Shown one piece after another: positions 23,450 to 33,970 of a stretch of 39,853 nucleotides of DNA. Position numbers and translations under genes: made by a program. The notes under the pieces are model-generated. The model searched no databases. It was not told the DNA's origin and was given only the letters and a program-made list of their open reading frames with translations. The stretch is from Chiloscyllium plagiosum (lineage: Eukaryota), in assembly GCF_004010195.1 (NCBI RefSeq), contig NW_025214154.1:1-39853 (forward strand), given 5' to 3'. The stretch's first letter is position 1, and each line of letters begins with the position of its first letter.

Positions 23450-23759
23450 AATCTATCCAGTATTACTGCTTTTTTGCTTTGCTCTTATTGAGTGGTAATT
23501 TGCCTCTGAAAATCCTTGCCTATGGCAAGATTCTAGATTTTAGTGATAATGTTCCTGTGAAGCATCTTGCAACATTAAAAGGCGCCAAATAAATGTACAT
23601 CACACACTCGCAACAAATAAGTTCATTGTCATAACAGTGGCAGGAAAACGCCGCGCTACTTATTTATCCAGAGGTACACTGGCATTCTCTGGAATTGGTC
23701 ACGTGGGAACTTCTCCAACCCACTAATCATCAGAAGTCTAACAATAATTGAGTACCTGA

Positions 23760-24017
23760 ACTATCTGTTCATATCTCTGTACCTCAGGCATTGCAACATG
23801 ACAGTGTCAGTCTGGACTATCTGTTCATATGTGTCCTCTAGACAATGCAACATTGCAGTATCAGTCTGGACTATCTGTTCATATCTCTGTACCTCTGACA
23901 GTGTCAGTCTGGACTACCTGTTCATATGTGTCCCTTAGACAGTGCAACATGACAGTATCAGTCTGGACTATCTGTTCATATCTCTGTACCTCAGACAGTG
24001 CAACATGACAGTGTCAG
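23760..24017. repeat. Minisatellite, five ~54-56 bp units alternating A/B, SINE-derived
   Basis: Unit actatctgttcatatctctgtacctcagacagtgcaacatgacagtgtcagtctgg. Units 1, 3 and 5 carry ctctgtacc; units 2 and 4 carry gtgtcc. Unit 3 has an internal deletion. Confidence 0.9.
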
Positions 24018-24024
24018 GATTGGG

Positions 24025-24267
24025 TACAAATAAGGACTGCAGATGCTGGACACCAGAGTCTAGATTAGAGTGGTGCTGAAAAAGCACAGCAGGTCAGGCA
24101 GCATCCAAGGAGCAGGAGTCTGGACTACCTGTTCATATCTACTTGTTCAGGTAGTGTAGACTGACACTGTCATGTTTGAGATTGTGGTACTGGAAAAACA
24201 CAGCAGGTCAGGTATCATCTGAGGAGTAGAAGAATCAACGTTTCGGGCATAAGCCCTTCCTCAGGAA
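24025..24267 (-). mobile_element. Two PLE terminal fragments (~24025-24116 and ~24177-24267) embedded in the minisatellite
   Basis: ggactgcagatgctgga...cacagcaggtcaggcagcatcc matches 10660-10725. Confidence 0.8.
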
Positions 24268-24268
24268 G
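24233..24268 (-). ncRNA. Hammerhead motif (CUGAGGA, GUU variant)
   Basis: Minus strand reads TTC-CTGAGGA-A-GGGC-TTAT-GCCC-GAAA-CGTT-GAT. Confidence 0.75.
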
Positions 24269-24610
24269 GTACAGATATGAACAGGTAGTCCAGGCTGACA
24301 TTGTCGTGTTGCACTGTCTGAGGGACAGTTGTTTCCATGAGACATTAAACTTGAGGCCCCCTCTCTCCTTTGAATACGTGTAAAAGTTGGTATGGCACTC
24401 ATTCAGTAAAGGGCTTGGGAGTTCTTGATACCTTCAAACCACATCACTAAAGTATTATCTACTCATTAATACATTATTGATTGTGGGATTTTTTTTTGCT
24501 GTGTGCAGTTTCCTACATTACAACACATGTCTACATTTCAAAAGTACTTAATTAGTTGTAAAGTGTTTTGGGAGAAGAGGCTATGAGAAACTCTATATGA
24601 AGTGAATTTT
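24268..24610 (+). mobile_element. DeuSINE-like element whose 5' part equals an inverted minisatellite unit
   Basis: ccaggctgaca...gttgcactgtctgagg...atgagacattaaacttgaggcccc...tttcctacattacaaca...gttgtaaagtgttttggga. Confidence 0.7.
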
Positions 24611-25569
24611 TTAAAAAATGAACATTAAATTGTAACCAAAGAGCTTTCTTTTTAAAAAAAAAACTTTGGATTCGAGCAAATAGCTGCATAACTGCAGAAA
24701 ACTGGACTCCAGCATGGGTAGCATGTGATGACAAGCCACGCAAAGAATCTATTCCATCCCAGGCATCAGTGACCTCATAGTCACTTGGTGCTGTACTTAA
24801 TAGCCTGGCAGTTTGGAATGAGACTTCAGTCGGAATCTTACGAGTTGCTGGGTCTGAAATGGTACACATGTGAGTCATGGTTGTTTATATTTCTTTTGCA
24901 TTCTAAGTGCCCCTAACTGGGTACAGAACATTTCCTCCTTGTACCCCTGTACAAGCCAGGCAGTAATGTGATGCCATCTCTCTAATGTCCAGTTTGGGAG
25001 CCGGTTGCTACTTGAAAAGTGGCTGAGATTAAATTTAGTTGGTATGAATACCAGAAATAAAATTAGACCTGCAATGTAAAAAGGGATGTTGGTCGTTTTA
25101 CAGGTGTCTAGACAGATAAGGGAATACAGTTGTGCTGGTAGTGTCATGCAGTTGTTTATTGACCTGCAAAAGCCATTACATTTTCTGTAAACTAATTCAT
25201 GAATGTTTTCATTCCAAGGTGTCCCATCAGTATGTTGAGCTCATGAACTTTCAAACTGACACGCAGAAACATTCTGCAAATGGTTGCAAGTACAATGTGT
25301 CAGGAAATCACTTCAACCCAGCAGTGGATAGAATAAAACAGTTTCAGATTGGATTTGTGTAGGGACATTTTCAATGTTATGGTGATAAGGGAGTAGAATG
25401 AGGCAGTGAGGCAGTTTAGTTTGGTTTACACTGATTGATATAGCCACATTCATTTCAAGTGGCCCATCATCCCTTTATCATGAAAACAAAACCAAAATAC
25501 AGGTTAAACTTTTGCAGACTGTTTTGTGATTGGACCTACAATCTGCGTGAACTTTGTGGGGACAAAATC

Positions 25570-25845
25570 CGAGGACATAAATATCAGTCATTAATCAATC
25601 CAATAGGAAATTCAGAGGAAATGCCATTCCCTGGAGAATGGTGAGAATGAGGAACTCACTACCACATGGGGTAGTTGACAGAAGTGGCTTTGAGGTTTTT
25701 AACAGGAAACTAGGTAGCTACATGAAGGGGAAAGGACTGAAAAGGTATGCTGATGGGGTGAAATGAATAAAGATGCGAGCAGGTTGATGTTGACCAGAAA
25801 CACTGGTGAGGGCGGCTGAATGGCCTGTTGCTGTGTCATTCCTTC
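25570..25845 (+). mobile_element. Old CR1 3' fragment
   Basis: gaggacataaatat...agaatggtgagaatgaggaactcactacca...ggctgaatggcctgttgctgtg. Confidence 0.55.
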
Positions 25846-27089
25846 TTGCAATCCTATTGAACCCCTTAGGCACTGATATTCATATATTTCAGCGGAAGTC
25901 TATTGAGCTCAGCCTGCCTGCCTGAATCAGCCCTGTATAAAAGGACAGCAAATGTCATTTTAGTCTACATTGTCTTGTCAGGTATACATTTGGAGCCAGA
26001 CCCCAGTGCCTCAGTACATCTCCCTTTAGTTTACACCAACAAATGGTAATCAGACTTGGTTGCTTTTTTTGGAATGTAATAGAGAGGACTGAAATGTATC
26101 AGAAACAGACATAATAAGTCACCCATTTGTCTTGTTTAACTCATGTCATTTAACTTAACTGGTAATTCTCTAATTTTAAATGAATAATCATCTTTGCTGG
26201 GTATAATTGGAAGACAGCTTGATCTGAGCAGAAAGACTAGGTGTTTTGGGAAATGCAATACAGAGAGCATGCATAAGACAAAGCCACATGTCACTGGCTA
26301 GGAAAAGAAATGATCGATGAACAGGGACTGGTTACTATGGATCACCACAATAAACCAATCCCTCTGTCACTCAAAGGTAACCTTGGTAGCACCGTTGAAG
26401 TGCAGGATTTTTTTTTCCCCATGGAGCAGAATCACAGCCTACTGCATTTTGCCAGGCACAGAGCTTCTGTTTGATGCTTCTGACTTCGAACACCAGCTCT
26501 GAACCAGCCACTTAATGATAAGACAAATTGATGTGGGTTTTGAGGATTATTTCAGGTTCCCAATCCCGAAAAATGGATTTGCAAACATTCTGCCCTGACA
26601 CCTTTTGAATCACTTCCTTTTACCACTTGGTGTTACTAAAGGTCAGGTTAGCATGCATGTTGCACTGCAAAAAAGTGAATTCACTTTGGGAAAAACTTTT
26701 GAAATTCTTCATTTTAATTTTGATTCTGGCTATCTTATGTCAATCTGCAGGGTGTACTGGGCTGATCTTTGCGTGCAAATTGCTTTGTTGTAAACATTGT
26801 CACAATCGAACAGCCTCCACTGCTATTTGTTTCAGACAATATATCAATAAGATCATTTGTATTTTCTTTAAGACAATAGTACCTGAGTGGGGGTCACTTA
26901 GCTGAGTTGGGTGGATGGCTGCTTTGTGATACAGTGAAGTCAATTGTGTGGGTCTGATTCCCACTGAATGAGGAGCAGTCTCCTTCTCAACATCTCCCCT
27001 CATCTGAGGTATGGTGATCTGCAACATAAACCACCATTCAAATGAGAGAGTACTCCCATGGACAGTGAGACTAGGGCAACTTTATGTTT

Positions 27090-27391
27090 AGGCGAAAGTG
27101 AGCACTACAGATGCTGGAGATTAGAGTCAATATTAGAGTGGTGCTGGAAATGCACAGCATGTCAGGCAACATCCGAGGAGCAGGAAAATCGACGTTTCGG
27201 GCTGTGCATTTCCAGCACCACTCTAATCTCAACTTTATATGTAAGTAGCTGAAAATGTGTTGGTGGAAAAGCGCAGCAGGTCAGGGCATGAGTCCGATTC
27301 TCCTGTTCCTTTGATGCTGCCTGACCTGCTGCGCTTTTCCAGCAACACATTTTCAGCTCTGATCTCCAGCATCTGCAGTCCTCACTTTCTC
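27090..27391. mobile_element. Two adjacent fold-back PLE terminal insertions
   Basis: Hairpin 27132-27158/27201-27227 and hairpin 27247-27283/27321-27358. A target-like repeat occurs at 27080, 27233 and 27392. A truncated hammerhead half (cccgaaacgtcg, minus strand) lies at ~27190-27201. Confidence 0.8.
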
Positions 27392-30300
27392 CTTTATGTG
27401 TAAGTACCTGGGTTACATTAGTAATAGAATGTACAGGAAAACATGCAAGCTCATTGGAATAGGCTCAAAAAGCCTCTCAACAACGCACATACATATTGTT
27501 TTCAAAAAAGCACCTGGTATTTTTGAAAGCAAATCAGAGTGAAGTTCCCACCCTTTATCCTCTTGTTATTTGAATAGCATTGCTAATGCAGATTTGTTTG
27601 TATTTAAGTATTAGAAGTGATGAGATTATTAGTGTAATTTTTCAGTTTTTAAAACAATGTACCGAACTGTGGCCCCAAGCTTTTTGAAGATTTTTTTTTA
27701 ATTGAAGGAACAAGACTGTTTCTGATGTTTTTTCCGTTTTTAAATAATTTGTACACGCGTTCCCTACCAGGCATATTTCTAGGTCAAACACTTACTATAC
27801 TTACCTTGAACGTATTACTGGTGCCATCTCCCTATTAACAGCCTGCTAATTGAATTACAGGCTCAAGCACGCTGTGTGTTCAGAGCAGTAGGCTTCCTTG
27901 AAGATAATTAGTTGAGAATGACTCTTGGAAGTTCTGCTGATTAACAGAAGATGTCACATTGGAAAGGTACACCGTGTGCCAAAGGTTAAGAACGGATTGT
28001 CTTTGCCCTGGATAACAGACATAAAACGGTGTGCAGTCCTCAGAATCTCCATGCTTCTAATTTGTGAAAATATTGGGAAGAAACAGCAGGTCTATCAGCC
28101 TCTGACACAAATCCAGGTCAAACTTGAGGAGAACCTCCTTATTCAGAACAATTTTGCTTTTTATCTCTTCCCAGACTTCGTATAATTCTTCACCCATCCC
28201 ATTTCTTCAATTAGATTTGTTTAGTTGAAGCAGTTTTTTTGCAGTTCCATTGTTTAGCTAGCTATGTTGATATAAACGATATCGGAAGAATCAGGATTTA
28301 ATCAACATAAGAATATTTCCTTTTTGGGCCTCCTATTTCTATTTTGATTGGACACAATAGCTGTAAAAAGGTGTGAGTTGACCTGGGTTCTGCCTGTAGT
28401 TCAATGGCACGTGATATGTACAGGAAAAATGTAGCAGTTGTGCCAAGTACATTCTCAAGTATACCTGCAAAAGTGCTTCATCTGCACAAGACTCCCCCCT
28501 CCCCCACCAGCCCCCACCCGTTTGCATGAAGAATAGCAATCAATGGTCAGAAATTAAGTTCCGCGATGAACTTGTCACTTGGAGCAGTGTATTGTTGAAT
28601 CTTGTCGCTGAAGGTTTTTTCTTTGACTGACGACCCAGATCAGAGGGGAACACTATCCATTGAAAAGGAAAAGGGCTGGGACTGTTTTGGTGAGAGTTCT
28701 CGAATTTCCCAGATTGCATAGTGCGATTGGTTGGCCTCTGTATTTTATCTGACCGGCTTCGTTCCCCCCTCCCCTTCCAAGATCACAAATTTTAAAAAAC
28801 TGGAAAAGCGTAGATGTCTAAATTGAAAATTCACCTGTTCCAGTTGATTTGTGGTTTATACATGACCGTCTGATTTCACTTAGAGAGGAACATTGCTTTA
28901 ATGAAAATCTGTCCAACAGAAGTTTTTAATTTATTGGTATTTCTATATTTGTGACAAATAAAATCATTGGAGAGCGAACTCTAACCTAACAATTTGGGAG
29001 TGTATACAGCAACCTAATAGTCACTTGTTCCATGTCTTTTTTTTACCAACAGGACTGCAGCAGCGAGAGGAGCATAAGGTTCCAATAAATTCGAATTGCC
29101 ATTCCACATTGTTTGTTTCCCCAGATGCAAAAAGCCCATTACCGCGGCCTGATCTGTCCCTGTAGTATCTCTCGAGTTTCCTCCCATTTAACTGTGTCAC
29201 ATGTGGCCCAGTCTGGCACAGAGGGGGAGAAAACATATTTGAAAGTTGTCATAAACATATTGCCTTCTTTTGATGGAAGAGTCCTTCCTCCTTTGTTACA
29301 TTACTGGGATTTCAAAGTACAAATCGAAACTAGGGCTCATTACTAAACTGAAAAATGTAAAAGCATTTAAATGTACTTTTTAAAGTACTGAACTAGAGTT
29401 TGAGAGCCCCTCTGCGTGTGTTCATTATATCAGCATTGGTTCTTTTTTTTAAAAAAAGACCTTGATCTTTTTTTAAACAAAAAAGTGAATGGATCCTCAA
29501 AGGCATGAGTTTAGAATTACATTCTGCAAACCCTCCTTCCAACTTAGAAATGAGTACAAAGAGATCAAATGTCAAGGATGCAGATAATCTGCTAAATCTT
29601 TTAAAGGTCAATTTATTTGAAGCAATTTGCAAGCAGGTTACAAGCGAGCTCATGTAAACCCTGGTTATGTGGAACTGACTGATTTGCAATTCCCAGTTAA
29701 ACTGTTGTGAAAATAAAACCGCGCATCCCAATCCCGATCTGTTGGTGCTGAAAGAATCTACAAGTCTTGCCCTTCAGGCCTCATTGCCAGATTCCGCCCC
29801 CGCCACCCATTTTCGAGTTCTGTTATACACATTACATGGAACAAAGACATCACATCTCTTTTCCTACAGAAGGGTACAGTGGATAATAAATTGCTTGCCA
29901 TGTGGAGAGGCGGAGCTGTAAGTGACCCTCAACAATAACGCGCCCCCCAACCCCTGCATCCCTCCACTCTGAGACAGGTTTTTATCAGCCTCCAGCATAT
30001 CAGGGCACCTTCACTGTATCCGCGCATTCTGCGAGGTGGTGGGGGAGAGTCCCTCCTCCCCCATTAAAGTGCGTGGAGTAAGGGGTGGGATGAGCATTGA
30101 CTGAGGAAGGCATCAAGGCAAGTGCTGGAGAAATACTGCTACGAGTTGCAATGAACAGCTGTGTGGCCTTTCCACCTGATAAAGGAACTCCAAGTCCTGA
30201 AGGATTTGTGCTATCCGTGCCCTTCTGTTAGGCTAACAAGTATCACATCTGCCATAAATCTATCAAGGTTTCAACTGGGCCACGAAGAATCCTAGCAATT

Positions 30301-32889
30301 CGACCCAACAATAATGAGCGGGTAGGCAAGCTTACACTAAATGTGGTGCTCTGTATTCAAATAGAGTGCATGTAAAATGTAACTAAACAAAACCACGGCT
30401 GGTAGATGGCTACCTTGCTAATGGCAGCTTAAATCTGATTGTCACTAAAAAGGGAAAGGACAGAAGATGCTGGTACACATTGAAATTGAAGGATTGGCTC
30501 TCTATGTATTAGGAGGATAAATGAAGGGGGGTGGTGGTGCGGAGGGGAATGTGTTCAAGACAACTTATGGCTGTTTGTTATGTGTCACTTACACTGTAAG
30601 TTCTCTGCATTTCTGCTTTCCCCCCAGAAGGCTGCCTAATGGGATCTTTTCGTGCAAATTACAGCCTGTGCTGACCTACTTCGGTCTTGTCCCCGCAGGC
30701 TGTTGCAGACTGCGAGAGTGCATTGTGTGGAAATAAACAATCCGAAAGGGGATTGGGTAGTTGCTGTTGTTCCACCGCCTTTAATTAGAAAACACAGCTC
30801 CTTAGAAACGTCATGCCGATAAATATTGAATGCAATGCAAAGTGTATTTAATTGGAGTCGCCATAGACTTCTTCCGATCGTTCGTATAGGCTCAACATTG
30901 TTAACTTAAAACTGGAAAACCAGACGACCCAATCACGCCTCAAGTAATGCCTCTGAATTTGAGGATTGTGAGTAATTTGTCTCTATACTTGGTCTACAAT
31001 GAGTGCAGTCCAGCCACTACTGAATCAATTTGCACCGCACTCACAGAATTTTGCTCGTTTCTCTCAAACGTTGAAATCAATCGCGAACAAAGACCAATTC
31101 ATTTAGCTGATATCAAGCTTCAAGCGTTGAAACATTTTAAAACTGTAACGCATATCCTTTTTCATTCATCTGACTTAAGTTACGAAAGGCTCGGCACATA
31201 ACCCCGGCACTCCATGTGCAAGATAATTATTGAGATTATTTCTGTTGTGGTAGTGTCTGTTAAAGACGCTTTTGCTTATTTTGAAATGTAAATGGGTTTT
31301 CAGTACAGGAAGGCTGATTGAAGTGTGGGAAATACCAGCCAGATCTGATCAATGGCTTTGTTATGAAGGAGGTGTGGTGCTGACAGAAGCTGGTCTACCG
31401 AAAGCTTGTAACAATTTTGCGAATTTGCATGAGAAACAATTAAGACAAATTTGTGTTGCTGCCTTGGGCCTCCACTATCAATGAGCTTTACAGTGATTCC
31501 TGGCTTCATGAGGCGAATGGGCTTGGCAAATACGGGGGAAAATTAGCTGAGGAAGCTCGTGGAATTTGAAGCATTTGGTTAACTTTTAACTTTCCATTAT
31601 GCCATCTGAACCCTTTGTGAAGGCGACTTTTGTCTTTCTTCATATATCTAGTACTTTACTGTGACCTCTGTATTTCATACTTTGTTAAACTGCTGACAGG
31701 CTGATGTGTTGGATCTGTAACTGTTTTAAAACTACTCAGTGTAAACACCTCTCCTTCAGTCAGACTAACTAGTCACTGTTCAGCTGAATGGCAGCGTGTT
31801 ATATTAGACCTATCAAGATGAGGGAGCTTCTTTTCTTTAAGTCTTCTAAGCTGCTCTTGACATTTTTTTCCAGGCACTACAGCAATTCTATTCTGTTTAA
31901 ACTTACTAATGAATGAATGAAGAGAATAACTATTTACTGTGATGTTTTATTAAACATGACAGAATGTAAAATGATCAAGTTGTGATGACTGTGAGCATGT
32001 TTATTTGATTTGAGGAAATTTTATCCACACACATGGACATTTTTTAAAAGCTATGCAATGCTCAAACTGTTTCCAGTGCTGTGCCTGCTTTTGAATTGGA
32101 TTTCAATGTGTGAAATCTGTAGTCCTGTGGATTCAGATGGTTATTTCAACAGTATTCCTGTTTTTATTTGATTTTAATATGTTGTGCTTTATGGAGGGAA
32201 ACAACCAGTCACATCCAGCCCCACAATAGCATGACCAAAGTAGATCTACAATTGTGTCAGTGAATCTGTTTTTCTTTGTGGATCAGAGTAATCCATTAGT
32301 GTCTTTAATAGATCCTTTCAAAAAATGTTGATTTCAGTGTAGCAGGTGCTCCTTAAAGGGAGGAAATGAAAATATTGTTTTATTTAGCAGCTCTTAATTT
32401 TATATACTTAGCTGAGTCTGGCAGAGATTCAGATTTTGTGTGTGTGTCTTTTTGTGTGTGACAAAACTGGTATTCTGTCTTGAAGCCAGCCTTGCACAAA
32501 CTGTGCTTTCTTTGTAAACTGAAACAAAGCTGAACGCTGTTATTGTTTTCTCTGCTTCACTTCTCTGTGATGTAGTGGTTGCAATAAAAGTGTCTTTGTT
32601 TCCTCATCCAGCATCTTTCAGTAACCAGCCCATTTTTAAATGCCTTGTTTCACACTCAGCTCATTTTCTTTCATCCCTGCAATGCCATAGAGTCATTTAA
32701 GGCAGGGGGTGGGATTGTGGATTTAATTGGAAAATGCTTCTCCGAGTGTTTGTTCGGCTATCAGTTTGAAACAATATATAATTTGCTAACTGGACAAATA
32801 AACTGTTATGTTGATGCTTCTAGTATCCTGACTATTATTATTTCACCATGTATACAATTACTGTGGTCAGGACAAAATATTATATGACG

Positions 32890-33145
32890 GATGCCCCTAA
32901 AAAAACCCATGGTACTAGTTGACAACGAGCAGGGAGTTCTCCATGTTTCAAGACCAATATTTACTCCTCAAAGAGCAGTACTGAACAAATTATCTAGCCA
33001 TATATTTTATTAGTGTTTGTGGGACCTTGCTGTGTGCAAATTGGCTTCCATTCTTCCAAAATTACAATATTTAACAAAATAATTCTTTGCTTAGAATACA
33101 TTTTGGGATGTTCTAGGGTTATGAAAGTTATATAAATGTGGATCT
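32890..33145 (+). mobile_element. DeuSINE-like relic
   Basis: cccatggtacta...gagcagggagttctcc...accaatattta...gtttgtgggaccttgctgtgtgcaaattggc. Confidence 0.65.
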
Positions 33146-33544
33146 GCCTGCCATCACTCACTTACTGACGTATCACTGAGGTTTGGGACTTACCAGGAGG
33201 AATTTCCCATCATTTAACGTGAAAGTAGGCTGCTTGATATCTAACCCTTTTAGGGACCAAGCTTTAAAAGAGAGTTGTTTCTGCATTCTGCTTTTTGACT
33301 CACATCCAGGTTGAGTACTTTTGAGCTCTCAACCTGATCTGTTGCAAGTCAAAGGAATCATTTATGAACTATATTCTAGCAGCCAAAAAAAGGAAGGCCG
33401 ACTACTGGCTTTACTCAATGTTATCAGCTACTGTATATACATTTATTATATTTTTTAAAATATATTTTGCTCATGTACATAACAATAAACAAAATTGTTG
33501 CATATGTTTAAAAGGTGACACAAAAACAATTGAACTTTTAGTAT

Positions 33545-33970
33545 TATAATTACCTTTTTAGGATGTCCCAAAATCTTCAGTTAGTTAGAGACAAAAAAAC
33601 TGCAGATGCTGGAATCCAAGGTGGACAAACAGGAGGCTGAAATAAAACAGCAAGCCAGGTAGCATGTGTTTTTCCAGCCTCCTCTTTGTCTACCAAAATA
33701 CTTCACAGCCAATTTAAACTTTAAGGGTGCACCACAATTGTAATGTAGGAAAATAGCAACCAACTTGTACACAGCTAGATCCCACAGCCAGCAATGTAAT
33801 AATGACCAATTCTAAATGCTGAGGGATCTTTTGCACTGAGAAGACTTATGGGGACCTTGAATTAACATCACATCAGTACCTCAGACCAGTGCATCACTCC
33901 CCCAGTGCTAGCTTGGAGTGAACTTGAACTCATAACTTTCTGACTTGAGGTGAAAGTGCTACCAGTGACA
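33545..33970 (-). mobile_element. DeuSINE-like relic with a fold-back PLE-type mini-insertion at 33580-33692
   Basis: Minus-strand SINE blocks. Insert ctgcagatgctggaatcc...ggaggctg/cagcctcc is flanked by CCAAAATCTTCA (33568-33579) and CCAAAATACTTCA (33693-33705). Confidence 0.6.

Noticed and set aside
23760..24017. CRISPR-like array
   Set aside because: Contiguous tandem units with no unique spacers, no cas genes, and a vertebrate context.
29735..29752. RE1/NRSE site (ggtgctgaa)
   Set aside because: Only a half-site; the ctgtcc half is missing at the proper spacing.
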